This document shows, piece by piece, positions 8,963 through 18,875 of a stretch of DNA of 32,424 nt; position 1 is the stretch's first letter, and the number at the start of each line of letters is the position of its first letter. The stretch lies in the NCBI GenBank assembly GCA_964585265.1, contig CAZPCX010000001.1:1-32424 (forward strand), given 5' to 3'. The position numbers and the translations under genes were made by a program. Under the pieces are notes generated by a model. That model ran no database searches. It was not told where the DNA came from and worked only from the letters and a program-made list of their open reading frames with translations. Source of the DNA: an uncultured Muribaculaceae bacterium. Its GTDB lineage: Bacteria > Bacillota_I > Bacilli_A > RF39 > UBA660.

Positions 8963-9826
8963 TCAACATTTATTTTTTGTTAAATAATTTGATATTTCTA
9001 CAAAAATATCTATGCTAATTTGTTCTGCTCTAACTCTGTCATCAAATTTATATTTATTAAGTATTTCCATTACCTTTTCGAAATCATATTCTTTTAAATT
9101 ATTCTTTAAAGTCTTTCTTTTTTGTTTAAATGAATCTCTTACTAATTTATAAAAATGCTGTTCATTCATTGCATTTTTTTTCTTATTTTTAGTAAATTCT
9201 ATTACAATACTGTCAACTTTTGGTTTTGGCATAAAAGATTCTTTATTAACTTTTAACAATCTTTTTATATTAAAATTATAATTTAAGAAGACCGAAAGAG
9301 AATTATACTCTTTTGTGCTTATTGATGCACTTATTCTATCTCCAACTTCTTTTTGAACCATTAATACAACTTTGTAGAAATCCACATTACTATTCATTAT
9401 TTTTTCAATTATAGGTGTAGTAATGTAATATGGTATATTTCCTATTATATATAATTTTTTATATTTATATTTTGAAACATCAACACATAGATCTCTATTT
9501 AAGAAATTATCGTATATTACTTCTAAGTTTTTATCTTTTTCAGATATTTCACTAAGAATTGGCGTTAATGATTTATCAATTTCGTATCCAATTACTTTTT
9601 GTCCTTTATTTAACAATATATTTGTTAAAGCTCCTGCACCACAACCAATTTCCATAATTAGTGAGTTTTCTTCTATATCTGATAATTCTACAATACTATT
9701 CAATATATCAGTATCGATAATAAAATTCTGTCCTAATCTTTTTTTGAATCTAAAATCTGTTTCTTTTAACTGTTTAATATTCACTTGTCCTCCTAACAAA
9801 AACTTCTCAAATGAGAAGTTTACCAT
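8963..9826 (-). CDS. rsmA: 16S rRNA (adenine1518/1519-N6)-dimethyltransferase
   Basis: It has KKRLGQNFIID, EIGCGAGALT and GNIPYYITTPI motifs, which match KsgA. Its ATG overlaps the upstream stop (ATGGTAA). Confidence 0.95.
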   Translation of the reverse strand: MVNFSFEKFLLGGQVNIKQLKETDFRFKKRLGQNFIIDTDILNSIVELSDIEENSLIMEIGCGAGALTNILLNKGQKVIGYEIDKSLTPILSEISEKDKNLEVIYDNFLNRDLCVDVSKYKYKKLYIIGNIPYYITTPIIEKIMNSNVDFYKVVLMVQKEVGDRISASISTKEYNSLSVFLNYNFNIKRLLKVNKESFMPKPKVDSIVIEFTKNKKKNAMNEQHFYKLVRDSFKQKRKTLKNNLKEYDFEKVMEILNKYKFDDRVRAEQISIDIFVEISNYLTKNKC

Positions 9827-10341
9827 CCATATCTTAGTATTTCGAACTTGGCTTTCTTTTCACGACCAAGATTTAATACATCTGGGTTTTTAACTGTATC
9901 AAACGCTAAATCCATTATATCGCCTTTAATTAAAAAACCTCTATCTAAAACAATTGCTATAAATGGTTCATCATAAAATCTTAAATTAGAAATTCTAACA
10001 ATAGTTCCAAATTTGTATCGTCTATCTGCTGCAACAATTCTTATATTTCCATATTCTTTGTCATCGTAATATATATTTCCATTTCTTATATCATATCCTG
10101 AAGCTGTTATTCCTGAACAACCATAACAATCAGAACCATACGCAGTTAATTGTCCTGAAAATATTTCTAGCGCATCTGTCTCTTCAATATGATTTGCAGA
10201 ATCATAATTACTCTTTAAAACGAGTTCTTCTTCGTTTTTTAATTTCGTTTTATTTGAGGCTACATTTAAAATCAAATAACCATTAAAAACAGCTATTATA
10301 AAGCACATTGATATAAGTATTTTTGTTACATTTTTGCTCAT
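9820..10341 (-). CDS. 3D-domain (RlpA/MltA-like) secreted or membrane-anchored protein, YabE-like remnant
   Basis: It has an N-terminal TM followed by LTAYGSDCYGCSGITASGYDI...IVAADRRYKFGTIVRI...IAIVLDRG..GDIMDLAF, typical of 3D domains. It sits between tatD and rsmA, as yabE does. I prefer ATG at 10341 (AGGTGA 5 nt upstream) over the track's TTG at 10356. Confidence 0.8.
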   Translation of the reverse strand: MSKNVTKILISMCFIIAVFNGYLILNVASNKTKLKNEEELVLKSNYDSANHIEETDALEIFSGQLTAYGSDCYGCSGITASGYDIRNGNIYYDDKEYGNIRIVAADRRYKFGTIVRISNLRFYDEPFIAIVLDRGFLIKGDIMDLAFDTVKNPDVLNLGREKKAKFEILRYGW

Positions 10342-10373
10342 TGTTTTCACCTTCAAATTACATTAAAATTGTA

Positions 10374-11132
10374 TCATATACTTGGTTTTAAGTCAAATAA
10401 TTCAACGGCATTATTATAGGTTGTTTCTTCAATCTTTTTTTCTTCCATTTGCATTATTTCAGATAACTTTTTTATTATTATTTTTAAATATATTGGGTTG
10501 TTTTTCTTACCTCTATATGGATCTGGTGTTAGATAAGGAGAATCTGTTTCTAAAACTATATTCTCAATTCCTATTTCTTTTACAACATCTTTTAAGTTGG
10601 AATTTTTGAAAGTTACCACTCCACCAATTCCTAGTTTAAAACCTAGTTTAACAAATTCTTTTGCCATTTCTAAACTTCCAGAATATGCATGTAATATTGC
10701 TTTTATTTTATATTGTGACATAATGTCGTACACGTCTTGAATTGAATCTCTGCTGTGTACTATTATTGGCTTTTTCATTTTAATCGCCAATTCAATTAAC
10801 TTTTTAAACACTTCTTTTTGTTTTTGTTTATTGTCTTTTGTATGATAATAATCTAAACCAATTTCACCCATAGCAACTACTTTTTTGTTATTTAATTGTT
10901 CTTCTATTATATTAAAATCTTCTTTAGTTATTTCATTAATATTTGAAGGATGATAACCTACTGAAGCATAAACATTTTTGTATCTTTCGGATATTTCTAT
11001 TGCTTCTTTATTTGTCTTTCTATCATACCCATTTATTATTATAATTATATTTTCTTTACTTATTGCTTTTAATATCTCGTCTCTGTTTTCATATTCTTCA
11101 TTAAATATATGACAATGTGTATCTATAATCAT
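10374..11132 (-). CDS. tatD: TatD-family metal-dependent hydrolase/DNase
   Basis: It has MIIDTHCHIF, EIGLDYY, PIIVHSRD and LETDSPYL motifs. It lies downstream of metG, as yabD does in Bacillus. ATG at 11132 follows AGGTGA. Confidence 0.9.
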   Translation of the reverse strand: MIIDTHCHIFNEEYENRDEILKAISKENIIIIINGYDRKTNKEAIEISERYKNVYASVGYHPSNINEITKEDFNIIEEQLNNKKVVAMGEIGLDYYHTKDNKQKQKEVFKKLIELAIKMKKPIIVHSRDSIQDVYDIMSQYKIKAILHAYSGSLEMAKEFVKLGFKLGIGGVVTFKNSNLKDVVKEIGIENIVLETDSPYLTPDPYRGKKNNPIYLKIIIKKLSEIMQMEEKKIEETTYNNAVELFDLKPSI

Positions 11133-11161
11133 TTTAATCACCTATTTAATTATAGCATTTA

Positions 11162-11188
11162 TAAAAAAAACAGCAATGTCTTGCTGTT
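11162..11188 (-). terminator. Strong rho-independent terminator ending the ffs/tadA...metG-orf86 gene string
   Basis: The minus-strand RNA reads AACAGCAA-GACA-UUGCUGUU followed by a long U run. It starts directly after the stop at 11189. Confidence 0.75.
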
Positions 11189-11449
11189 CTAGAAAAAACT
11201 CATTATAAATTGTATTGGCGTATATATTATTTCAATGAATTTTAGTGTTTCACTTAGCACATACTCTTGAAGCAATCCAAGAACAAAATCTCCGACAAAA
11301 TAGTATGCTACTAAGAATAAAATAAACGTTATTATTTTTATATTTATACCAAATATATCCAATATCATTTTAACGATTGTGTATGTTAGTGGTATTAATA
11401 TACACGCTCCTATTACAGGTACTAATATATTTAATGCAAAGTCTCCCAT
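11189..11449 (-). CDS. Hypothetical small integral membrane protein (86 aa)
   Basis: The RBS is good (GGAGGT 5 nt before the ATG). It lies 23 nt after metG and is followed by a strong terminator. It has 2-3 hydrophobic segments. I recognise no family. Confidence 0.6.
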   Translation of the reverse strand: MGDFALNILVPVIGACILIPLTYTIVKMILDIFGINIKIITFILFLVAYYFVGDFVLGLLQEYVLSETLKFIEIIYTPIQFIMSFF

Positions 11450-11472
11450 ATTTTACCTCCATATATAAATTA

Positions 11473-13032
11473 CTATATTTTGTTTATTTTTTCAAGTTTT
11501 TCTTCTTTGTTTATTCTCAAAAATAGTGGTTCTGGATTATTAAGTTTTGAGTTTATTTCTAAACCTCCAAACTTTTCAAGACTTTCTAAACCATTTACTT
11601 TCGTATTTAATTGATAAAACATTTTTTCTGAAGTGTCCGGAAGAAACGGTTGTAGTAATACTGCTATATATCTTATTGCTTCCAATAAATTATATATTAC
11701 AGTTTTTAATCTGTTATTGCTTTCATTACTTTTTGCTAACTCCCATGGTGTAGTTTCATCTATATATTTATTGCATCTTCTTGCTAATTCCACTATTGCT
11801 TCTATACTCGCATTTACTTCAATAGTTTCCATCTTCTTAGATACTATTTTTGTTGTATTTAAAGCTTGTTCAATTAATTCTTTATCTATATCTTCAATAA
11901 TATCTGATCCTTGTACTACTCCATCAAAATACTTATGGCTCATAGCAATTGTTCTATTAATTAAATTACCAATTGTATTAACTAAATCTGAATTAATTCT
12001 ATCTATTAACAATTCATATGATAATACTCCATCATTTGCATATGGCATTTCATGTAACATAAAATATCTTATTTCATCAAGCCCAAATAAATCAACAAGA
12101 TCGTCAGCATAAATTACATTACCTTTTGATTTGCTCATCTTATCATTTCCTGTTAATAACCATGGATGTCCAAATATAGTCTTAGGTAATTCTTCTTCAA
12201 GTGCCATAAGCATTATAGGCCAATAAATTGCATGAAATCTAAATATATCTTTTCCAATTAAATGCAAATCAGCAGGCCAATATTTTTTATAACTATCACT
12301 ATGATTTTTATCAATATCATATCCTAGAAATGTAATATAATTGCTTAAAGCATCAATCCATACATAAACAATATGCTTTTCGTCAAAAGATACAGGCACT
12401 CCCCAGTTAAACGATGTTCTTGAAACACATAAATCTTGTAATCCTTTATTAATAAAATTATTTGTCATTTCATTTTTTCTTGATTCAGGTAATAGGAAGT
12501 TAGGATTATCATTTATATGTTTGATAAGTCTCTCTGTATAGTTATTTAATTTTAAAAAGTAAGCTTCTTCACTTGTTTTCTCTGCTTCTTTGCCACAATC
12601 AGGACATTTCCCATCAATCAATTGTCCTTCTGCTATGAACGCTTCACAAGATGTGCAATACCATCCTTCATATTTTCCTTTATATATATCTCCTTGATCA
12701 TATAGTTTTTTAAATATTTGTTGGACTTTTTTAATATGTGTTTCATCTGTTGTCTTTACAAATTTGTCATAATTAACATTTAATTTATCGCATGTGTTTT
12801 TAACTATTGTTGCTATATCATCAACAAAATCCTTTGGATTCTTGCCAGCTTCTTTTGCCTTCTTCTCAATTTTTTGTCCATGTTCATCTGTTCCTGTTTG
12901 AAAATATACATCATAGCCTTGTAATCTCTTATATCTTGCTATTGCATCTGCAAGAACAACCTCATAGGTATTCCCAACATGAGGTTTAGATGATGCATAA
13001 GCTATTGATGTTGTAATATAATATTTATTCAT
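11473..13032 (-). CDS. metG: Methionine--tRNA ligase
   Basis: It has HVGN (HIGH-type), KMSKSKGN (KMSKS) and CPDCGKE zinc knuckle motifs. ATG at 13032 is 8 nt after GGAG. The track's GTG at 13041 is less likely. Confidence 0.95.
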   Translation of the reverse strand: MNKYYITTSIAYASSKPHVGNTYEVVLADAIARYKRLQGYDVYFQTGTDEHGQKIEKKAKEAGKNPKDFVDDIATIVKNTCDKLNVNYDKFVKTTDETHIKKVQQIFKKLYDQGDIYKGKYEGWYCTSCEAFIAEGQLIDGKCPDCGKEAEKTSEEAYFLKLNNYTERLIKHINDNPNFLLPESRKNEMTNNFINKGLQDLCVSRTSFNWGVPVSFDEKHIVYVWIDALSNYITFLGYDIDKNHSDSYKKYWPADLHLIGKDIFRFHAIYWPIMLMALEEELPKTIFGHPWLLTGNDKMSKSKGNVIYADDLVDLFGLDEIRYFMLHEMPYANDGVLSYELLIDRINSDLVNTIGNLINRTIAMSHKYFDGVVQGSDIIEDIDKELIEQALNTTKIVSKKMETIEVNASIEAIVELARRCNKYIDETTPWELAKSNESNNRLKTVIYNLLEAIRYIAVLLQPFLPDTSEKMFYQLNTKVNGLESLEKFGGLEINSKLNNPEPLFLRINKEEKLEKINKI

Positions 13033-13600
13033 TATTACCACTCCTATAATTGTATTTATTCATAAGATTTAAGAAAGTTAATATAGTAAAGTCTTCAATA
13101 ATTGATATGCTTTTTTCTATTATCTCTTTTATTTGCTTTTTTTCTTTACTTTCAAAATTTGAAAGCACGTAATCAACTCTATCTTCTATTTTATTGTTAT
13201 CAATACCAATTCTTAATCTTTTGTATTCATTTGTATTTAAACTGCTATCTATACTTTTTAATCCGTTATGTCCAGCATTACCACCTGATATTTTTAATCT
13301 ATAAGTTCCTAATTGTAAATCTAGTTCATCGTGAATAATTAAAATATCCTTTATTTGAATTTTATAATAATCTATAAATTCTTTAATTACTTCTCCAGAA
13401 CAATTAATATATTTTTGTGGTTTTAAGAACATTATTTTCTCACCGTTAATATGTGTCTCAAAATAGATGCCCCCACCTTTTTTCTTGTTAAATTCAACAT
13501 TTAAACATTCAGCAAAAGCATCCAAAACCATAAAACCAACATTATGTCTTGTATTTTTATATTCAAGACCGGGATTTCCAAGACCTACTATTAATTTCAT
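13025..13600 (-). CDS. pth: Peptidyl-tRNA hydrolase
   Basis: MKLIVGLGNPGLEYKNTRHNVGFMVLD and GGNAGHNGLKSI are canonical Pth motifs. Confidence 0.95.
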   Translation of the reverse strand: MKLIVGLGNPGLEYKNTRHNVGFMVLDAFAECLNVEFNKKKGGGIYFETHINGEKIMFLKPQKYINCSGEVIKEFIDYYKIQIKDILIIHDELDLQLGTYRLKISGGNAGHNGLKSIDSSLNTNEYKRLRIGIDNNKIEDRVDYVLSNFESKEKKQIKEIIEKSISIIEDFTILTFLNLMNKYNYRSGNNE

Positions 13601-13604
13601 AAAA

Positions 13605-14447
13605 TCACTTCCCTTTTTCTAAATATTCCTTATAAATTATACTTTTTGATATGTTTCTATCTTTTGCAACTAGTTTCATTGCTTCATTCTTGAGTTTTCC
13701 TTCTTTTATATATAAATTAACATGTTCAATAATACTTAAATTTTCATAATTATTATTACTCTCTATTCCCTCTATTACTATTACAAACTCACCTTTTGGA
13801 GATATGATTTCTTTAAGTATATCCTCAGCTGTTCCTCTATATATTTCCTCGTGTTTTTTACTTATTTCTCTCGCGACACATATTTTCCTATCTTTTATTA
13901 TTTCTTTAAGATCATTTAGTGTATCTATAATTCTATGAGGTGCTTCATATATAATTGTTGTAATCATATTTTTTGATAATTCTTCTATTTCTTTTCTTCT
14001 TTTTTGTTGTTTTGAATCCAAAAAGCCATTAAATATGAACTTGTCTGTATTTAAACCAGAACTAGTAATTGCTGGTATTAAAGCTGTAGCACCAGGTAAC
14101 GATATAACAGAATAGCCTTGTTCTAATATTGTTTTTACTACTGTTTTACCAGGGTCACTTATTAGAGGTGTTCCTCTATCTGATACAAGTGCAATTGATA
14201 ATCCTTCTTTTAAATATTGTAGCATTTTTTCAGAACTTTTTTGTTCATTAAATTTATGTGATGATATTGTTTTCTTATCAATTTTATAATGATCTAACAA
14301 TATTTTTGTTGTTCTTGTATCTTCTGAAAATATAACATTAACTTCATTAAGTATTCTTATTGATCTAAATGTTATATCTTCTAAATTACCTATTGGTGTT
14401 GGTACTAAATACAGTGCGGGTTTACCATTAAAACTTATTTGACTCAT
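13605..14447 (-). CDS. rsmI: 16S rRNA (cytidine1402-2'-O)-methyltransferase
   Basis: LYLVPTPIGNLEDITFRSIRIL, EDTR and SDRGTPLISDPG are RsmI/YabC tetrapyrrole-methylase-fold motifs. ATG at 14447 follows AGGTGA. Confidence 0.92.
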   Translation of the reverse strand: MSQISFNGKPALYLVPTPIGNLEDITFRSIRILNEVNVIFSEDTRTTKILLDHYKIDKKTISSHKFNEQKSSEKMLQYLKEGLSIALVSDRGTPLISDPGKTVVKTILEQGYSVISLPGATALIPAITSSGLNTDKFIFNGFLDSKQQKRRKEIEELSKNMITTIIYEAPHRIIDTLNDLKEIIKDRKICVAREISKKHEEIYRGTAEDILKEIISPKGEFVIVIEGIESNNNYENLSIIEHVNLYIKEGKLKNEAMKLVAKDRNISKSIIYKEYLEKGK

Positions 14448-14461
14448 ATTAATCACCTATT

Positions 14462-15241
14462 TCACAATCTAATTGTTTCAATCTCGTTATTTTCGTATAC
14501 AACTTTATATGCTCTATTTAATATATCTAATCCTATTACTTTTGCTTGTCCTTTTTTTGTTTTAATTGTTTCTCCAATGTTAGGAATATCATTTCTGTTT
14601 TTTTCATATAAGTCATTCTCATATCTTAAACAACAAAGTAATCTTCCGCATGACCCATTTATCTTTGTCGGATTTAAAGATATGTTTTGCGTCTTTGCCA
14701 TGTTAATTGATACCGAATCTAGGTTATCTAAAAAGGCACTGCAGCATAATGTTCTGCCACAAAGACCTAATCCTCCAATTTCTTTTGCTTTATCTCTAAC
14801 TCCTACTTGTCTTAACTCTATTCTTGTTCTATATCTTGAAGCTAAGTCTTTAGCTAGATTTCTGAAATCAACTCTGTTTTCAGAAAAAAAATGGAATAGC
14901 AACTGGTTTCTATCAAAAGTATATTCTGCATCTATTAATCTCATACTTAGATTATATTTAGACGCTAACTTTTCACATTCTATTAGTGCTTTCTTTGCAT
15001 CTTCCACGTTACTATTATATTCCTTTTCATCTTCTTTTGATGCAATTCTTACAACGCTTTTTAATGGGAAAGTTATTTTTTTATTTTCTATTTGCATTAC
15101 ATCTGTAGCAACAAAACCAAATTGCATACCTCTCTCAGTTTGAACAATTACTTTATCTCCTTTTTTTATATCAAATTGTTCAGAAGCAAAATAATACATT
15201 CTGCCAGTCTTATTAAATTGAATCCCAATTACATTATTCAT
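14462..15241 (-). CDS. ricT: PSP1-domain protein (YaaT/RicT-like)
   Basis: The product has PSP1 domain character with conserved Cys clusters (LGLCGRTLCCSAFL, CGRLLCCLRYE). It lies downstream of holB, as yaaT does in Bacillus. Confidence 0.88.
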   Translation of the reverse strand: MNNVIGIQFNKTGRMYYFASEQFDIKKGDKVIVQTERGMQFGFVATDVMQIENKKITFPLKSVVRIASKEDEKEYNSNVEDAKKALIECEKLASKYNLSMRLIDAEYTFDRNQLLFHFFSENRVDFRNLAKDLASRYRTRIELRQVGVRDKAKEIGGLGLCGRTLCCSAFLDNLDSVSINMAKTQNISLNPTKINGSCGRLLCCLRYENDLYEKNRNDIPNIGETIKTKKGQAKVIGLDILNRAYKVVYENNEIETIRL

Positions 15242-16217
15242 TTTTTGCTCCTCCTTCTAAATCTATAAATAGTTTTTCTAGAAACAAATTAATATTCATA
15301 CCACTTTTAACATATTCTTTATGTCCTATTATTGTATTTAGCTTGTATATTAATTCCTTCTGAGTATTATTTTCTGATACCTTCTTTATTTGATCAATAT
15401 AATTATCAAAATAACTTATTTTATTTTTCAATTTATATTCGATTACATCTTTGTAAAACAATGTTATTATTTCAAATACATAACATATATCTTCTTTATC
15501 TGAGAACACACTGTGAAAGTATTTTTTTGCATGACATATCATCTTCATGTTTAATTCTTCATATTTTAAAACAAATTTTACTATATTTTCCAAAAACAAT
15601 TCATTATCTTTGTTTTCCATATATTCATCTAAATTCTTTTCGTTTTGAAACATCATAAATAACTTTAATAGCGTTATATTTTCATAGTTATAAGCTTTAA
15701 CACACTCGCATATATCACTGTTATTAAACGTTATAGTTTGACACCTTGATGCAATAGTATCCATAATTTGATTATAATTATCTGTGACTAGTATTGCTAT
15801 TATATTTTCTGAAGGTTCTTCTAAAAATTTCAATAAACTATTTGATGCTTGTTTATTCATTTTTTCCGCATCATAAATTAAATATACTCTTTTTTCACCT
15901 TCAATTGGTTTAGTACTCATTTCTTTTTGCATATCTATTAATTGATCTTTTTTTATCCATAACCCATCTGGTCTTATTATTTTAATTTCAGAATATTCAT
16001 TCTTATCTATTCTTTCACATATATTACATTTACCACAAGCGTCTTTATTTGTATGGTTATTTATACATATGATTGATTTTACGAACGAAGATATTATCTG
16101 ATCAGAATATATGTTTTTGTTAGTCACAAATATAAAAGCATGTGACAAATTACCATCTAATATATTTTTTAACTGTCTGTATATTATTGGTTGTTTTTCT
16201 TTATATTCATCAAGCAT
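15234..16217 (-). CDS. holB: DNA polymerase III delta' subunit
   Basis: It has LSHAFIF, a CGKCNICERI zinc module and NSLLKFLEEP. The AAA+ clamp-loader fold and its position before yaaT also fit. Confidence 0.85.
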   Translation of the reverse strand: MLDEYKEKQPIIYRQLKNILDGNLSHAFIFVTNKNIYSDQIISSFVKSIICINNHTNKDACGKCNICERIDKNEYSEIKIIRPDGLWIKKDQLIDMQKEMSTKPIEGEKRVYLIYDAEKMNKQASNSLLKFLEEPSENIIAILVTDNYNQIMDTIASRCQTITFNNSDICECVKAYNYENITLLKLFMMFQNEKNLDEYMENKDNELFLENIVKFVLKYEELNMKMICHAKKYFHSVFSDKEDICYVFEIITLFYKDVIEYKLKNKISYFDNYIDQIKKVSENNTQKELIYKLNTIIGHKEYVKSGMNINLFLEKLFIDLEGGAKNE

Positions 16218-16233
16218 ATGTCACCTTCCTTTA

Positions 16234-16839
16234 TCATTTTGAAATTTTCTTCCTATCTAACATAGCCATTTCTAATGTAAGAGGATCTAAGTATTCCATA
16301 TCTGTTCCTACTGGTATACCGTGTGCTATTTTTGAAACTACTACTTCCATATCTTCCAACATTTTTGTTATATATAGAGATGTTGTTTCTCCTTCTATTG
16401 TAGGTTTAATTGCAATTACAACTTCTTTTATTTCTTCCTTTTTGACTCTTTCTAATAACTTTTCTATATTTATATCTTCAGGTCCAACACCATTCAATGG
16501 TGAAATTAAATTACCAAGAACATGATAAACACCTTTAAATACTGATATTCTTTCAAAAAGCATTATATTTTTTATATCTTCTACAACACACAGTGTATTA
16601 TTATTTCTTTTTTTATCTTTACATATTTCACACAATGTATCCTCTGTTAAATTACCACATCTTTCACATTTTTTAAGTTTTTCTTTTACATCTTTCAATG
16701 ACTTTGAGAATAAATCTACATCTTCACTTTTAAAGTCATTCACGATTGAAAATGATAGTCTTTCAGCAGTTTTTTCTCCTATACCTGGCAATTTTTTAAA
16801 AGATTCTACTAGATTATTTAAACTATTCGGATAATTCAT
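16234..16839 (-). CDS. recR: Recombination protein RecR
   Basis: It has LPGIGEKTAERL (HhH), a C4 zinc finger (CERCGNL...CEIC) and a Toprim segment. Its start overlaps the ybaB stop (TAATG). Confidence 0.97.
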   Translation of the reverse strand: MNYPNSLNNLVESFKKLPGIGEKTAERLSFSIVNDFKSEDVDLFSKSLKDVKEKLKKCERCGNLTEDTLCEICKDKKRNNNTLCVVEDIKNIMLFERISVFKGVYHVLGNLISPLNGVGPEDINIEKLLERVKKEEIKEVVIAIKPTIEGETTSLYITKMLEDMEVVVSKIAHGIPVGTDMEYLDPLTLEMAMLDRKKISK

Positions 16840-17135
16840 TAGATCATACCTTTTATTCCTGGGCCAAATTTATTTAATTTTTGTTCCATTTCTTTATCAA
16901 TAGTTTCAAACAATTCATTTGTTGCTAATAAAATCATATCTTCTAGTATTTCTAAATCTTCTGTCTGAAAATTTGCCTTATTTATTTCGATTTTTTGAAT
17001 CTTCTTTTTTCCATTAACTTCAACACTTACTATTTCTTTTGTAATACTGTATGTTTTATCTTCTATTTCTTTTTTTGTATTTAATATTTCTTTTTGAAGT
17101 TTTCCTGCTTGTTGCATCATTGCTTGTATATTCAT
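16839..17135 (-). CDS. ybaB: Nucleoid-associated protein YbaB/EbfC
   Basis: MNIQAMMQQAGKLQKEI... and the ~98 aa size fit. It sits between dnaX and recR. Confidence 0.95.
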   Translation of the reverse strand: MNIQAMMQQAGKLQKEILNTKKEIEDKTYSITKEIVSVEVNGKKKIQKIEINKANFQTEDLEILEDMILLATNELFETIDKEMEQKLNKFGPGIKGMI

Positions 17136-17136
17136 T

Positions 17137-18825
17137 TTATTCCTCCATCTCTACTATTTCATTGCCGAAATCATTTAGTGCGTTTTTTGATAAATTGTTT
17201 TCTTGTTTCTTTGTTTCTTCTTTGTTATCATCGATTGTTTCTTCTTTAATCTCAATTAATTCGTTGTTTTTCTTCATTTCTAGATATTTGGGTCTTATTT
17301 TTTCCCATTCATCTAATGTTATTGCAACAGTTTTAACTTTATTTCCGATTAATTCTTTTAATAGTAATTCGATTTTTTGTTTTTCTTGATCATGAGAATT
17401 TACCATACTTTGATATTTGTATGTTAATAACAAATGATTCTTACCCGCCGCATTTATTTTTGAATCTAACAAAATCGTTGAAGCCTCTTTAAATTTTTTG
17501 TTTATTAGAAATGTTTGTAAATTGCTCATTTTTTCTTTAGCGTTTTTTAAATTTTCTTTATCTGCGTGATATAAAGTATTATTAATTAAAATTTGTTTTT
17601 TGTTAAAAATCTCAGAAATTTCTTCTTTTGAAAGTGGTTTTTCAACCTTTTTAATTTCAACTTGTGGTTTCTCTTTAACTTCCTTTTCTTTTTCTATATT
17701 TTGTTCTATCTTTTTTGTGTTCGTTTCTACAATTTCTTTTTCTTCTCCATCTGATATTATTCTAAATAAAAATAATTCAAACATTGTTGAAGCGTTAGCT
17801 GTCTTTTTAATATCAAATAAAAGATTATTTATTTCTTTTACTATTATTAATAATTCTTTTTCTTGCAATATATTTGAAATTTCAAAAATTATTTCTTTAT
17901 CGTAAAGCATTTTCTTCTTGAAAAAATTTGGTGCTTTTTTGTTTAATAAGACATTTCTTAAAAATAACATTAAATCTTCTGCAAGTTTTGAAAAGTCTTT
18001 TCCTTCAGATTTCATTTCTTCAACAAAATCCATTATTTTTTCAATATCTTTGTTTGATATATACTTAACTAAATTAGCGATTTTATCATTTGATATAGTT
18101 CCAGTAACATCATAAATATCTTTAATTTTAATTTTTTTGTTTGTATATGAAGATGCTTGTTCAAGTATTCCAATCGCATCCCTCATTGAACCATCACAAA
18201 TCTTAGATATTTCATCTAACACTGCTTCTTCGACAGCAATTTTTTCTTTGTCTGATATATATTTTATTCTTTTCTTGATGTCTTCAGGCATTATTTTTTT
18301 AAAATCATATCTTTGACATCTAGATAATATGGTATTAGGTACTTTTTGTGGTTCAGTTGTTGCCAATATAAATATAGCGTGTGCTGGCGGTTCTTCTAAA
18401 GTTTTTAGCAGAGCGTTAAAAGCACCTGCAGAAAGCATGTGAACTTCATCTATAATATATACTTTGTATTTACAAAGTGTTGGAACTAGATTAATTTTAC
18501 TTTTTAATTCTCTTATTTCATCAACACCATTATTTGATGCTGCATCTATCTCAATTATATCTTGTATTTCATCAGAGTTAATTGTTTTGCAAATTATACA
18601 TTTGTTACACGTTTCGCCGTTCTCTAATGATAAACAGTTAATAGTTTTTGCAAATATTTTTGCAACTGTTGTTTTACCAGTACCCCTTGTACCAGCAAAT
18701 AAATAAGCGTGATTAATTTTATCTTCCTTAATAGAATTTTTTAAAGTTTTTATTATTATATCCTGTCCGAAAACATCTTTAAATTCCAACGGTCTATATT
18801 TTCTATATAATGATTTGTATGCCAT
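17137..18825 (-). CDS. dnaX: DNA polymerase III tau/gamma subunit
   Basis: It has LYRKYRP, Walker A GTRGTGKTT, a Cys4 module, DEVHMLS, NALLKTLEEPP and SRCQRYDF. Confidence 0.96.
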   Translation of the reverse strand: MAYKSLYRKYRPLEFKDVFGQDIIIKTLKNSIKEDKINHAYLFAGTRGTGKTTVAKIFAKTINCLSLENGETCNKCIICKTINSDEIQDIIEIDAASNNGVDEIRELKSKINLVPTLCKYKVYIIDEVHMLSAGAFNALLKTLEEPPAHAIFILATTEPQKVPNTILSRCQRYDFKKIMPEDIKKRIKYISDKEKIAVEEAVLDEISKICDGSMRDAIGILEQASSYTNKKIKIKDIYDVTGTISNDKIANLVKYISNKDIEKIMDFVEEMKSEGKDFSKLAEDLMLFLRNVLLNKKAPNFFKKKMLYDKEIIFEISNILQEKELLIIVKEINNLLFDIKKTANASTMFELFLFRIISDGEEKEIVETNTKKIEQNIEKEKEVKEKPQVEIKKVEKPLSKEEISEIFNKKQILINNTLYHADKENLKNAKEKMSNLQTFLINKKFKEASTILLDSKINAAGKNHLLLTYKYQSMVNSHDQEKQKIELLLKELIGNKVKTVAITLDEWEKIRPKYLEMKKNNELIEIKEETIDDNKEETKKQENNLSKNALNDFGNEIVEMEE

Positions 18826-18875
18826 ATAATCGCCCCCAATTGGTTATATAAATATTATATCACGATTTAATTGAT

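Noticed and set aside
14439-15143. Long antisense shadow ORFs from the track. Examples are 14439-15143, 3392-3709, 4276-4761, 11633-12112, 16142-16525, 17051-17389, 20293-20700, 26027-26419 and 28473-28775.
   Set aside because: All lie opposite strongly conserved housekeeping genes. They lack RBSs and translate to Leu/Phe/Ser/Ile-rich low-complexity strings, which is typical of the antisense strand of AT-rich genes.
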